This document shows, in pieces, positions 1-8,215 of a stretch of 64,000 nt of DNA. The position numbers were made by a program, and so were the translations under genes. Within the stretch, counting starts at the first letter, position 1. Every line of letters begins with the position of its first letter. The notes below the pieces were generated by a model. It was not told the DNA's origin, made no database searches, and worked only from the letters and a program-made list of their open reading frames with translations. Source of the stretch: an uncultured Pseudomonadales bacterium (GTDB taxonomy: Bacteria; Patescibacteriota; Microgenomatia; UBA1400; UBA12028); NCBI GenBank assembly GCA_964635905.1, contig CAZWPK010000001.1:437096-501095 (forward strand). Reading direction: 5' to 3'.

Positions 1-1296
1 GAAGCTCATACCCGGGTACGTGATTACCTCCTGACTGAGGACTCCCAATTTTCAGAATATGTTATTGATAGTTTTTTATATGGCTCGTACAAGAGGCATA
101 CTGCTGAAGGCAATATTAAAGATGTTGACATTGCTTTAGTAACTACCTTTGATCCAAATAGCGATGAAGATAAACCTAGTAAAGTCTTGCCAAAATTAAA
201 AAGAGCCCTAAATCGATTTTATGAAGATCCTAAAGCTACTACTCCTAACCGCAAGTCAGTTCAAGTAATAGACCCGCTGCCTGATGAACCTGATTCTGAG
301 CTAACCCTAGATATCATTCCAGTTGTTTTAACTGGAAATAGTGATCAAAAAGTTTTAGTACCTGACAGAGAAAATGATATTTGGGTTGAAAGCCATCCTA
401 AAGGTCATTTGAAGTTCACTTCAGACCTAAATAGTGATGAATTAAGTCAAGGTATGTTTGTACCTCTTGTTAAAATTATGAAACACTGGTGGAAGCAGCA
501 TTCAGGTGTTGAAGATGCTAAGCCAAAAGGGTTTTGGTTGGAAATACTTGTTGGAGAAACTTTTGATTCAACCAAGAACTCTTATGCTGAACACTTTGTC
601 CAAGTTTTGACCAATATTAAAAATAGATATATGGATTATGAAGATTCTTCTTCAGTACCAGAACTAAGAGATCCAGGCTTGCACGCTGAGACTCTTAAAA
701 CAAGTATGATACTGACTGAGTTTATCCACTTTATGGACGCAGTGAATGACACTTTATTAATAGCAACAGAAGCACTGGAGTCTACTGATGAATCTGAATC
801 TGCATATCTTTGGGGTAGTATTCTTGGTGACGAATTTCCCAAACCTGAAAGGAAAAGTTCTTTTGATTTATCAAAGCTAGTTGGTTTTGTAAATGCTTTT
901 TTTGCACCAAAAGAGCAATTCCTTCAAAGAGATTATGGATTCCCAATATTAGATCTAGGTTACTCACTAAGGATTGATGGTTGGGTAACTAAAAATAAAG
1001 GATTTAGAGATAACTATATAAGTCTATTACCTTTAGTTCAAAAAAAGGCTTCAATTCTCTTTAAAATTATAAAGTTTGATGTACCTGGTGAATTCAATGT
1101 AATGTGGAAAGTAAAAAATACAGGAAGAGAAGCAAGCCGATTAGGTACACAACGAGGAGAAATAACTTGGGATGAAGGCAATAAAGAAAAAGTAGAATCC
1201 ACACTATATACTGGTACCCATTTTGTTGAGTGCTATGTAATTGACTCAAGCAATAGATGTATCGCTTGGGATAGAATAAAAGTCAGAATAGTTTAA
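1..1296 (+). CDS. cGAS/DncV-like nucleotidyltransferase (CD-NTase, SMODS) with C-terminal AGS-C domain; 5' partial
   Basis: Frame is open from base 1: SFLYGSYKRHT...KDVDI, third Asp in LTLDIIP, KIMKHW. C-terminus WKVKNTGREA...RGEI...ESTLYTGTHFVECYVI matches the AGS-C pattern. Confidence 0.85.
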   Translation, partial: EAHTRVRDYLLTEDSQFSEYVIDSFLYGSYKRHTAEGNIKDVDIALVTTFDPNSDEDKPSKVLPKLKRALNRFYEDPKATTPNRKSVQVIDPLPDEPDSELTLDIIPVVLTGNSDQKVLVPDRENDIWVESHPKGHLKFTSDLNSDELSQGMFVPLVKIMKHWWKQHSGVEDAKPKGFWLEILVGETFDSTKNSYAEHFVQVLTNIKNRYMDYEDSSSVPELRDPGLHAETLKTSMILTEFIHFMDAVNDTLLIATEALESTDESESAYLWGSILGDEFPKPERKSSFDLSKLVGFVNAFFAPKEQFLQRDYGFPILDLGYSLRIDGWVTKNKGFRDNYISLLPLVQKKASILFKIIKFDVPGEFNVMWKVKNTGREASRLGTQRGEITWDEGNKEKVESTLYTGTHFVECYVIDSSNRCIAWDRIKVRIV

Positions 1297-1347
1297 AGCC
1301 CTACAGTTAACTCAACTTTTCTATGTTGCTATATAATAGCTAGTAAC

Positions 1348-1665
1348 ATGAGCACAATTAAAAACCCTGTTTCTGACTTAACTAGTAGAGTAATTAATAA
1401 TCTCCCATGGTCAGAAGTAAGAGATTTACTAAGAAATAGCGATGACTTCAGAAACAAGATTGAAGAATTTGATGACACCTTATACCGCTTCGTAGCTGCA
1501 GACACTAATCAATCAGTTATCCTCAAATCAATTTTGAAACATCTCAAGGCCACTGATCCAGGCAACGCCACTCTAGAAAAAGCTACCAATATTACCAATG
1601 CTATGATGAATTTTGCTAAGTTGAGAGTCTCAGAGCTAGAAGCTCTTAGGAATAAGAAAAAGTAG
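1348..1665 (+). CDS. Hypothetical helical protein (105 aa)
   Basis: ORF preceded by TATAAT about 10 nt upstream; no recognised motif. Confidence 0.7.
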   Translation: MSTIKNPVSDLTSRVINNLPWSEVRDLLRNSDDFRNKIEEFDDTLYRFVAADTNQSVILKSILKHLKATDPGNATLEKATNITNAMMNFAKLRVSELEALRNKKK

Positions 1666-1719
1666 TCATGTCGAAGACACACTACAACTTAGCCTCGATT
1701 TACAGTACAGTAAACATAT

Positions 1720-1944
1720 ATGAGTAACGTCATAACCCAGGCCATCCGAGACAAAATGGCTGACAAAATCAAGCAACTGAGAGTAAAAAAGCAGATGACT
1801 CAAACCGAGACTGCTATTGAAGCTGATATTGACCCTAGTTACTACCCACGCATTGAGCGGGGAGAATCTAATATTACTCTTGAAACACTTTTTAAGTTAG
1901 TTAAAGCCCTCAAGGCAAAATCCTCAGATATCTTGCCTTTCTAA
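1720..1944 (+). CDS. XRE/Cro-family HTH regulator
   Basis: IKQLRVKKQMTQ...YYPRIERGESNITLETLFKLVKAL. Confidence 0.9.
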   Translation: MSNVITQAIRDKMADKIKQLRVKKQMTQTETAIEADIDPSYYPRIERGESNITLETLFKLVKALKAKSSDILPF

Positions 1945-2423
1945 ACTAGGTGTTTTTCCAAATCTAGAAAATCCATCATTTGTTGTACTGCTGCAGTTCC
2001 CTCTATCCGGCGCATAATTTCCCGACTTCTAGTTTGTGACAAGATATTGAGACTACCTTCCCAGAGAATGTTTCTGTCCAAAATTGCTAACTTGCGGTGA
2101 TCGTTGCCTTGGCAGAGGAGTGTATGGATTCCTACTTCTTCAAACTTCCTTATCATCGCCTCAGACTGCCTTCCAAGACGCGGTTCATGCTCACGAGGAT
2201 CACGAGTAAGGATGTAAATATTGACCTCCTTCTTCAGTAATGTATCAAAAACAGGTAAGTACAATCTCATTCGTCCTTGGGTAATAAACGGACTCTCAAT
2301 AATTACTTCTTCCTGACAACTTTCTAGATCAGCGACAAACTGATGATAAAAGGTTTTCTCATCAAAGAGGTGAGAATTTAGGATAGAATCAGAAGAGTGG
2401 GGTATGGAAACACTCGCTGGCAT
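1941..2423 (-). CDS. Single-HKD phospholipase D-family (Nuc-like) protein
   Basis: IIESPFIT, HRKLAILD (HxKxxxxD) and WEGSLN motifs. Confidence 0.85.
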   Translation of the reverse strand: MPASVSIPHSSDSILNSHLFDEKTFYHQFVADLESCQEEVIIESPFITQGRMRLYLPVFDTLLKKEVNIYILTRDPREHEPRLGRQSEAMIRKFEEVGIHTLLCQGNDHRKLAILDRNILWEGSLNILSQTRSREIMRRIEGTAAVQQMMDFLDLEKHLV

Positions 2424-2506
2424 TATTTCTCCTCTTCTAACCCTTGGTATGAGGTCATGAACTTATGGAGATAGGCCAGTAGGTGTTCGGCGTAATTTGC
2501 ACTCCC
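2423..2506 (-). pseudogene. Orphan 3' fragment of a gene coupled (TAATG) to the PLD gene
   Basis: Frame ...GSANYAEHLLAYLHKFMTSYQGLEEEK* overlaps the PLD start; no plausible 5' part inside the island end. Confidence 0.45.
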
Positions 2507-2510
2507 CCCA

Positions 2511-3260
2511 GTGGTGACAGCCAGGCCAACTCCTACACCCACTGCAACGGCAACTCCGACACCTACTCCTGTACCTGTGGATGTGGCCATCACCGCGGTC
2601 TACTTATGGGACTACAATGCGATGTCCTCGATCTTAAACCCAACTGCTTCAAACACTTTATCTATTGATGAGAAGAACTGGACATCGATTCCCTCTCCGA
2701 TCTCCATGACCTTTGAACTTAAAACGATTGGAAACACTTTCCAAAAGAGTGTTCCATATAGAGTGACTGCAAATGGAACAGTGATTCAATCCGGATTGAT
2801 TGGTCTGGTAAACTCATCCGGAACAATATCGCCAACCTTTAGCTTACCTTCTGCGCCAGCATCATATACGGTCGCAATTGATATTAATCAACCGAGTGAG
2901 TATACAGAGGCAAATACAAGTAATAATTCCTATACTTTCCCCTATACGATTCGCGCGGACACGACCCCACCACAAATATCCTTTGATATCCTCAAGCGGG
3001 CAGATACCCAACAAACATGTGTGACTCCACGCTATGCAATCGATGTCTCAACAAGTGAAAATGACATCCGTTTTGAAGGAAAACTTGATGGTGAAAACTG
3101 GTATTCTTTCACGTATCGACCAGATCCGAGCAAAGAGCCACGTTACGAGCGATGCTTAACTGGACCTGCGGGTGAGTACCATACCTTCTCTGTGAAAGCT
3201 TGGGACAAACGTGGGAACCAAACGGAGGGTGTATACTCGTTTAGTCTCTATGCATTCTAA
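2511..3260 (+). CDS. Surface-type protein with Pro/Thr linker and CARDB/Ig-like domains; probably 5'-truncated
   Basis: Begins directly in a PTPTPT linker with no signal or TM segment; in-frame TAA at 2493; EANTSNN CARDB-like motif. Confidence 0.65.
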   Translation: MVTARPTPTPTATATPTPTPVPVDVAITAVYLWDYNAMSSILNPTASNTLSIDEKNWTSIPSPISMTFELKTIGNTFQKSVPYRVTANGTVIQSGLIGLVNSSGTISPTFSLPSAPASYTVAIDINQPSEYTEANTSNNSYTFPYTIRADTTPPQISFDILKRADTQQTCVTPRYAIDVSTSENDIRFEGKLDGENWYSFTYRPDPSKEPRYERCLTGPAGEYHTFSVKAWDKRGNQTEGVYSFSLYAF

Positions 3261-3345
3261 TCAACTGGCTGTGATTCCGCTTCACTTCGATAAAGCTCCG
3301 CCAAGAGTATAACTGCTTTAGCTTGTTGTACTCGTTATTTTTCGT

Positions 3346-4422
3346 ATGTATCCTATGCCACTTGCATATCTTGCGTCAGTAGACGCACTTGAAACGTATT
3401 TACAATCAAAACATCTTTCTTGGGAGAAGTGTCAGTTGCCAGACAAGGAGCAGTGCCGATCGTTGTTTACACTGCGGATTCCTCTCTCCTATGCCAATCT
3501 CATTAATTGGAAAGATCCAGAAGATCCCTTACGCATGATGGTGATGCCAAGTTTACTGGAGAAAAATATTCAGAACTACGAATTGTCTGATCCGATTGGG
3601 GATTCCAGCCATGAGCCTGTTCCTGGACTCATCCATCGGTATCCGAATCGTTGCTTGCTTCTGTGTACGACGTATTGCGGGGTCCATTGCAGATTTTGTT
3701 TTCGTCGCGATGTCATCGGGAAACCTCGGCCGATTGATATTCATGCAGGCGAAGGTTATTTACGATCACATCCAGAAATTGCAGAAGTCATTTTTTCCGG
3801 AGGTGACCCACTTACCTTCCCGATTGCCTTTTTGCGGGGAATGCTGTCAATGCTGGATTCGATTGCTTCTGTGCGAGTAATTCGTTTTCATACGCGCCTA
3901 GCAGTCATGGATCCCAGTGTCTTATCGACAGAATGGATTTCCGCACTAGCTATCCTGACAGGAAAACGAATCGTAATCGTACTGCATTGTAATCATGCCC
4001 GAGAAATTAGTCCGCAACTGCGTGCATCGGTACAGCGTTTACAAGCTGTCGGGATTGTGGTGCTCTCTCAATCGGTACTCTTACAAGGGGTCAATGATTC
4101 AACTTCTGCTCTGCAAGAGTTATTCTGGAACTTGTTCATCGATGGGATTATCCCCTATTATCTGCATCATCTTGACTATGCAAAAGGGACGCATCATTTT
4201 CGAATTTCGGTATCAAAAGGAAAAGCACTCTATGCATCGCTACGTGGTCGACTTCCAGGGTACTGTATTCCGGAGTATGTCGTAGATCTTCCCGGTGGAG
4301 ATGGAAAATTCCCAGTGATGCAGTTACAAGAGTTACGGGATGGTCATTATCTAGCCTACAGTTGGGATCAGCGCGAAGTTGAGTATGTTGATCAGGCGGT
4401 ATTAACATCCGACCAGCAGTGA
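3346..4422 (+). CDS. epmB: KamA-family radical SAM lysine 2,3-aminomutase (EF-P beta-lysylation, EpmB-like)
   Basis: GLIHRYP, CGVHCRFC, SGGDPL, QSVLLQGVND, PYYLHHLD; clustered with epmA and efp. Confidence 0.9.
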   Translation: MYPMPLAYLASVDALETYLQSKHLSWEKCQLPDKEQCRSLFTLRIPLSYANLINWKDPEDPLRMMVMPSLLEKNIQNYELSDPIGDSSHEPVPGLIHRYPNRCLLLCTTYCGVHCRFCFRRDVIGKPRPIDIHAGEGYLRSHPEIAEVIFSGGDPLTFPIAFLRGMLSMLDSIASVRVIRFHTRLAVMDPSVLSTEWISALAILTGKRIVIVLHCNHAREISPQLRASVQRLQAVGIVVLSQSVLLQGVNDSTSALQELFWNLFIDGIIPYYLHHLDYAKGTHHFRISVSKGKALYASLRGRLPGYCIPEYVVDLPGGDGKFPVMQLQELRDGHYLAYSWDQREVEYVDQAVLTSDQQ

Positions 4423-4530
4423 ACTGCTCGGAGTCTAGGACTGATACATCACTATGAGAAGCTTGGGAGAAAGATACGAATGTCTTCTAGATATCAAGAA
4501 AGAAAACAAGATAAACGCGTCACGGCAGAA

Positions 4531-4776
4531 CTAGTCTCGAGGTATTCCTTTGATAATATTTCGAGTGGTCCAGCCTAAGTTATAGAGTTCTTGAAGCTGT
4601 GCTTCCGGAATCTCAAGCGTAACAGTTCGAAGCTCTCTAAAATCCATAATCACTGAACCTGTTGGAAAATCTTTCTTCATCTCAATGCGATTTTTTGCGC
4701 CTTGAGCTGTCCGATATAGGACTGAGTCGTGACTTCCAGCCTGTAACACTCTTTCATATAATTGAACTGGGGGCAT
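4531..4776 (-). CDS. Orphan hypothetical protein (81 aa)
   Basis: ORF filling the epmB-epmA gap; -10-like TATAGT upstream. Confidence 0.55.
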   Translation of the reverse strand: MPPVQLYERVLQAGSHDSVLYRTAQGAKNRIEMKKDFPTGSVIMDFRELRTVTLEIPEAQLQELYNLGWTTRNIIKGIPRD

Positions 4777-4819
4777 AATTGTATTTATTATATACTATAA
4801 GACGAGTAATCGAGTGAGT

Positions 4820-4861
4820 TATAATCGTATTTTTATGATTTCAACGTGGAAGAGTTAAGAG
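4820..4861 (+). repeat. Degenerate copy of the epmA promoter/start (second copy 5389-5432)
   Basis: TATGATTTCAACGTGGAAGAG vs TATGAATTCAACCTGGAAGAG (19/21), each preceded by TATAAT. Confidence 0.8.
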
Positions 4862-4951
4862 GATCTATAAAATCAAGAAGATGTAATTGTAGTCGTTTAA
4901 ATGATGGAGGCAGTTTGGCAGTGTATTCATCCAAGGCTCAATGACTGTAGC

Positions 4952-5230
4952 TTAAGAACGTGGTTGGGAAAGAACGTTCAAGGAAATAAATCGCTGCCTG
5001 TTGAGGATCTCAACTTGTTTATCTGTGAGTTCTAACTTATCCATTTGTACTCTAACTTGAAGACACAGTTCCTTTAGACTTACGAAACTGAGGTTCAATT
5101 TGGCTGCAGCTTCTGCGTCTGCTTGATCAAGGTAGACCAGTGGATCACATTCTTCATCAACGTTGGTTTTTTGACTGTTGCGTCGATTTTGACGCTCAAG
5201 GATAATTTTATACAGGGTGACAGTTTCCAT
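4952..5230 (-). CDS. Orphan hypothetical protein (92 aa)
   Basis: ORF lying between the two epmA-start repeats. Confidence 0.55.
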   Translation of the reverse strand: METVTLYKIILERQNRRNSQKTNVDEECDPLVYLDQADAEAAAKLNLSFVSLKELCLQVRVQMDKLELTDKQVEILNRQRFISLNVLSQPRS

Positions 5231-5404
5231 GAATGGTTTTTTAATTTTCTACGATTAATTTCTTTGACCAGTCGCACGTCAAAATGCGTCAATATCGGAT
5301 TTAGCAAACTAACCAGAATGTTCCATCAATTAAATTATTCATGGCACCTTTCTGTTACAGCGGTATCACGGTATAGTTTTGGTTGAAGTATAATAGAGAT
5401 CTCT

Positions 5405-6469
5405 ATGAATTCAACCTGGAAGAGATTACGAGCCCAGCCCGACAAACTAACTTACTTGTATCAACGGGAGAAGATTGTTGATGCGATTCGACACTTTTTT
5501 AAGTCACAGGAGTTTTTAGAAGTAGACACACCTTTATTAGTTAAATCTCCTGGAACAGAGCCATATTTGGAAGTGTTTGCGACAACTCTGCTAGACTTTG
5601 AGCGTCATCCAACTCCTGCATATTTGCTCACTTCGCCAGAGTATGCATTAAAAAAATTGCTAGTTACTGGGATTCCAAAACTGTTTTCCATTTGTAAATC
5701 TTTTCGTAATGCAGAAGGTCTGTCCTTTAAACATAACCCTGAGTTTACCATCATGGAGTGGTATCGAACGCATGCAGACTACACTGACATTATGAAAGAC
5801 TGTGAACAGCTATTTGTTGCCATTGCACGAACCTTGGATACGACGCAGATTGGACCTACCACGTCCTGGACTTATCAAGGGAAAATGTATGATTTGACTC
5901 CCCCGTGGGAAAGAATTAGTGTTGCAGAGGCTTTTTTTAGCTACTGTGGGATTGATGTGGACACATTACTTGATGAGCGAAAGCTAAAGGAAGCAGGAAA
6001 AAAGCGCGGATTTTCCGTTGAATCCACTACAACTTGGGAACAGGTATACAACCAATTTTTACTCAACGATATCGAGCCGCATTTTGGAGTAGACCATCCG
6101 ACCATCATTTATGATTTCCCTGTTTCTCAAGCGTCGCTTGCTAAAAAAAAGGACTCTGATCCACGTTTTGCGGAGCGTTTCGAATTCTATGTGGCAGGAA
6201 TTGAGATGGGAAATGCGTTTTCAGAATTAACGGACGCCGAAGAGCAGCGATCCCGCTTTGAATCCGAACTTAACGAACGAGCCATCTTGGGCAAAACAGC
6301 ATATCAACTAGACGAAGATTACTTGGAAGCAATAAAAGCAGGTCTGCCACCCACCGGCGGGATAGCTGTTGGAATTGATCGTATCGTTATGTTTTTTGCG
6401 GATGCGCCGCAAATTTCAGATGTTGTTGTCTTTCCAGCGTCGGAATTATGGAACAAGCATTCTGATTAA
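5405..6469 (+). CDS. epmA: EF-P lysine aminoacylase (EpmA/GenX/PoxA)
   Basis: LysRS catalytic-domain paralogue without anticodon domain: LLTSPEYALKKLL, FRNAE..HNPEFT, ERFEFY, GIAVGIDR. Confidence 0.95.
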   Translation: MNSTWKRLRAQPDKLTYLYQREKIVDAIRHFFKSQEFLEVDTPLLVKSPGTEPYLEVFATTLLDFERHPTPAYLLTSPEYALKKLLVTGIPKLFSICKSFRNAEGLSFKHNPEFTIMEWYRTHADYTDIMKDCEQLFVAIARTLDTTQIGPTTSWTYQGKMYDLTPPWERISVAEAFFSYCGIDVDTLLDERKLKEAGKKRGFSVESTTTWEQVYNQFLLNDIEPHFGVDHPTIIYDFPVSQASLAKKKDSDPRFAERFEFYVAGIEMGNAFSELTDAEEQRSRFESELNERAILGKTAYQLDEDYLEAIKAGLPPTGGIAVGIDRIVMFFADAPQISDVVVFPASELWNKHSD

Positions 6470-6732
6470 CGCCGTGCAGCTTCAATGGATCCTGCACCAA
6501 GACCAAGTGGGATTGCTCCAAGCATGGAAAGCGTGGCAGCGACAATTAGGACATCGCAGCGTGGGTCGGTCAGTAGCTCCGGGCGTGACAATATTTCTTG
6601 GAAGGCTCCTGTCCGGATCAAGTTGTACAACGAAGGAAGACCGATGCCTTCTACAAATGTTCCCAATGCCATTGTGGAAACACCAACTGTGTAGCTTAAA
6701 GCCTTATCTGCATTTTTAAGATGATCTGTCAC
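6466..6732 (-). CDS. Small hydrophobic hypothetical protein (88 aa)
   Basis: GTG start, two hydrophobic segments, convergent overlap with epmA. Confidence 0.5.
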   Translation of the reverse strand: MTDHLKNADKALSYTVGVSTMALGTFVEGIGLPSLYNLIRTGAFQEILSRPELLTDPRCDVLIVAATLSMLGAIPLGLGAGSIEAARR

Positions 6733-6821
6733 AGTTCATTATTATAGGTCTTGAATAAGTTGGAGTCAATAGCGATAGTCTTGTTCTGTGGTTTAATCGA
6801 AGAAAGCTCTATAATACAGGG

Positions 6822-7523
6822 ATGTGGAATACGCGAAGAGAGACAGTACAACCGTCAATCAGGCCTGAATGGGCAGAGTGGAAATCAAATCCACGACCTG
6901 CTGACTATTGTGATGGTATGCGCAATGCCAACACAAACCTGCTAGCTGATAGTGGATTTACACCTACATTACTGACAGTTTCATCCATGTTCTTGGAAGA
7001 CAGTCGGAACAAAGACACCTTTCTAGTCTCTCAGCTTCCGGGAATTATATGGGACGATCTTACTGTCCCGTTTTCAACTGATTTGGATATTGCGATTCAG
7101 GTTGTAGAGCAGTTTGCAGAACTTGAGCAGCGAAAATTATGCCTCTGGGATCGCCATGGAGGCAATATTTTAGTTGACCCTGAAGAGCAGAATAGAGTGT
7201 GGCAAGTTGATTTAGAAACAATCTTTGACACCTCTGTAGAGCGCTTTATGCATCAAAGTTTGCCGATGACGCACCAGGAAAGATTTCACCTACATGCCGC
7301 AAAACTAGAAACATTTGCGCTGGTTCACCCCATCAATCTTCAACTTCAAATGGTTCTGTTAACCTTGATGACAAAAAACTCGCTGGCTTACCCAGTCATG
7401 AGCAGCGAATGGAGGCGGGTGAACACGGAAATTCGGGCAGTGCTTGAACTGACGAAAGTTCTACGAGAATCAAAATTGTCATTGGTTCTAGATTCTATGC
7501 GAAATCTTCAGCAACGACTCTAA
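6822..7523 (+). CDS. Protein-kinase-like fold protein
   Basis: Catalytic-loop-like LWDRHGGNILV followed by WQVDLE (DxE). Confidence 0.55.
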   Translation: MWNTRRETVQPSIRPEWAEWKSNPRPADYCDGMRNANTNLLADSGFTPTLLTVSSMFLEDSRNKDTFLVSQLPGIIWDDLTVPFSTDLDIAIQVVEQFAELEQRKLCLWDRHGGNILVDPEEQNRVWQVDLETIFDTSVERFMHQSLPMTHQERFHLHAAKLETFALVHPINLQLQMVLLTLMTKNSLAYPVMSSEWRRVNTEIRAVLELTKVLRESKLSLVLDSMRNLQQRL

Positions 7524-7610
7524 TACCATGCGTCCATGTGACAAGGTAGCTCAAACATCGTATAATAAGGCCTTCCTCAAGGAAATTGGTAGCAGCTAGT
7601 AAGGAATTGT

Positions 7611-8174
7611 ATGGCATTAACTGGTGGAAATATTAAAAAAGGCATGTACATCATGCATAAAAATGAACCGCACTGGGTGACGTTTACCGAGTTTGTGTCC
7701 CCAGGTAAAGGGTCCGCATTCATGCGTTCGAAACTCAAGAGTGTAAAGACAGGGAACGTGGTTGAATTTACCTTCAAATCCGTAGAAACGGTCGAAGAAG
7801 CCGATGTCCAGACTACCGAAATGCAATATTTGTATCAAGATGGTCAAGACTTTATTTTCATGCATCCACGCACGTTTGAACAAGTTACAGTTCCTGGTGA
7901 TGTGATGGCAGACTATGTGCCCTATTTGATGCCGGAACAATACATGTATGTGGTTTTTTACAATGAAAAAGCCATTGGCATACGTTTCCCAGGGAAGGTC
8001 ACACTGACAGTTGACTACTCCGAGGATGCGGTTGCAGGAAATCGTGTCAACGCTCCTAAAAAGAAAGTACGATTAGAAACGGGCTATGAGATCGATGTGC
8101 CTCTCTTTATCAAAAAAGGTGATCGTATCGTTGTGGATACCACTACTGGACAATACGTGTCTCGGGGTGAATAG
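7611..8174 (+). CDS. efp: Elongation factor P
   Basis: SPGKGSAF loop, LETGYEIDVPLFIK, YVSR. Confidence 0.97.
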   Translation: MALTGGNIKKGMYIMHKNEPHWVTFTEFVSPGKGSAFMRSKLKSVKTGNVVEFTFKSVETVEEADVQTTEMQYLYQDGQDFIFMHPRTFEQVTVPGDVMADYVPYLMPEQYMYVVFYNEKAIGIRFPGKVTLTVDYSEDAVAGNRVNAPKKKVRLETGYEIDVPLFIKKGDRIVVDTTTGQYVSRGE

Positions 8175-8215
8175 CAGTTCCTACAGTAATTAATCGCAAC
8201 ATTTGGTACTATAAA

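Larger units (their letters stand above)
1..2500. mobile_element. Right end of an AT-rich integrated island (defence cargo)
   Basis: Visibly more AT-rich than the flank; carries CD-NTase, XRE HTH and PLD genes; ends where genes on both strands are truncated (about 2495-2512). Confidence 0.65.

Noticed and set aside
5095-5386. Track ORFs 5095-5307 and 5123-5386 as genes
   Set aside because: Overlap the 4952-5230 ORF, use TTG starts and show no motifs
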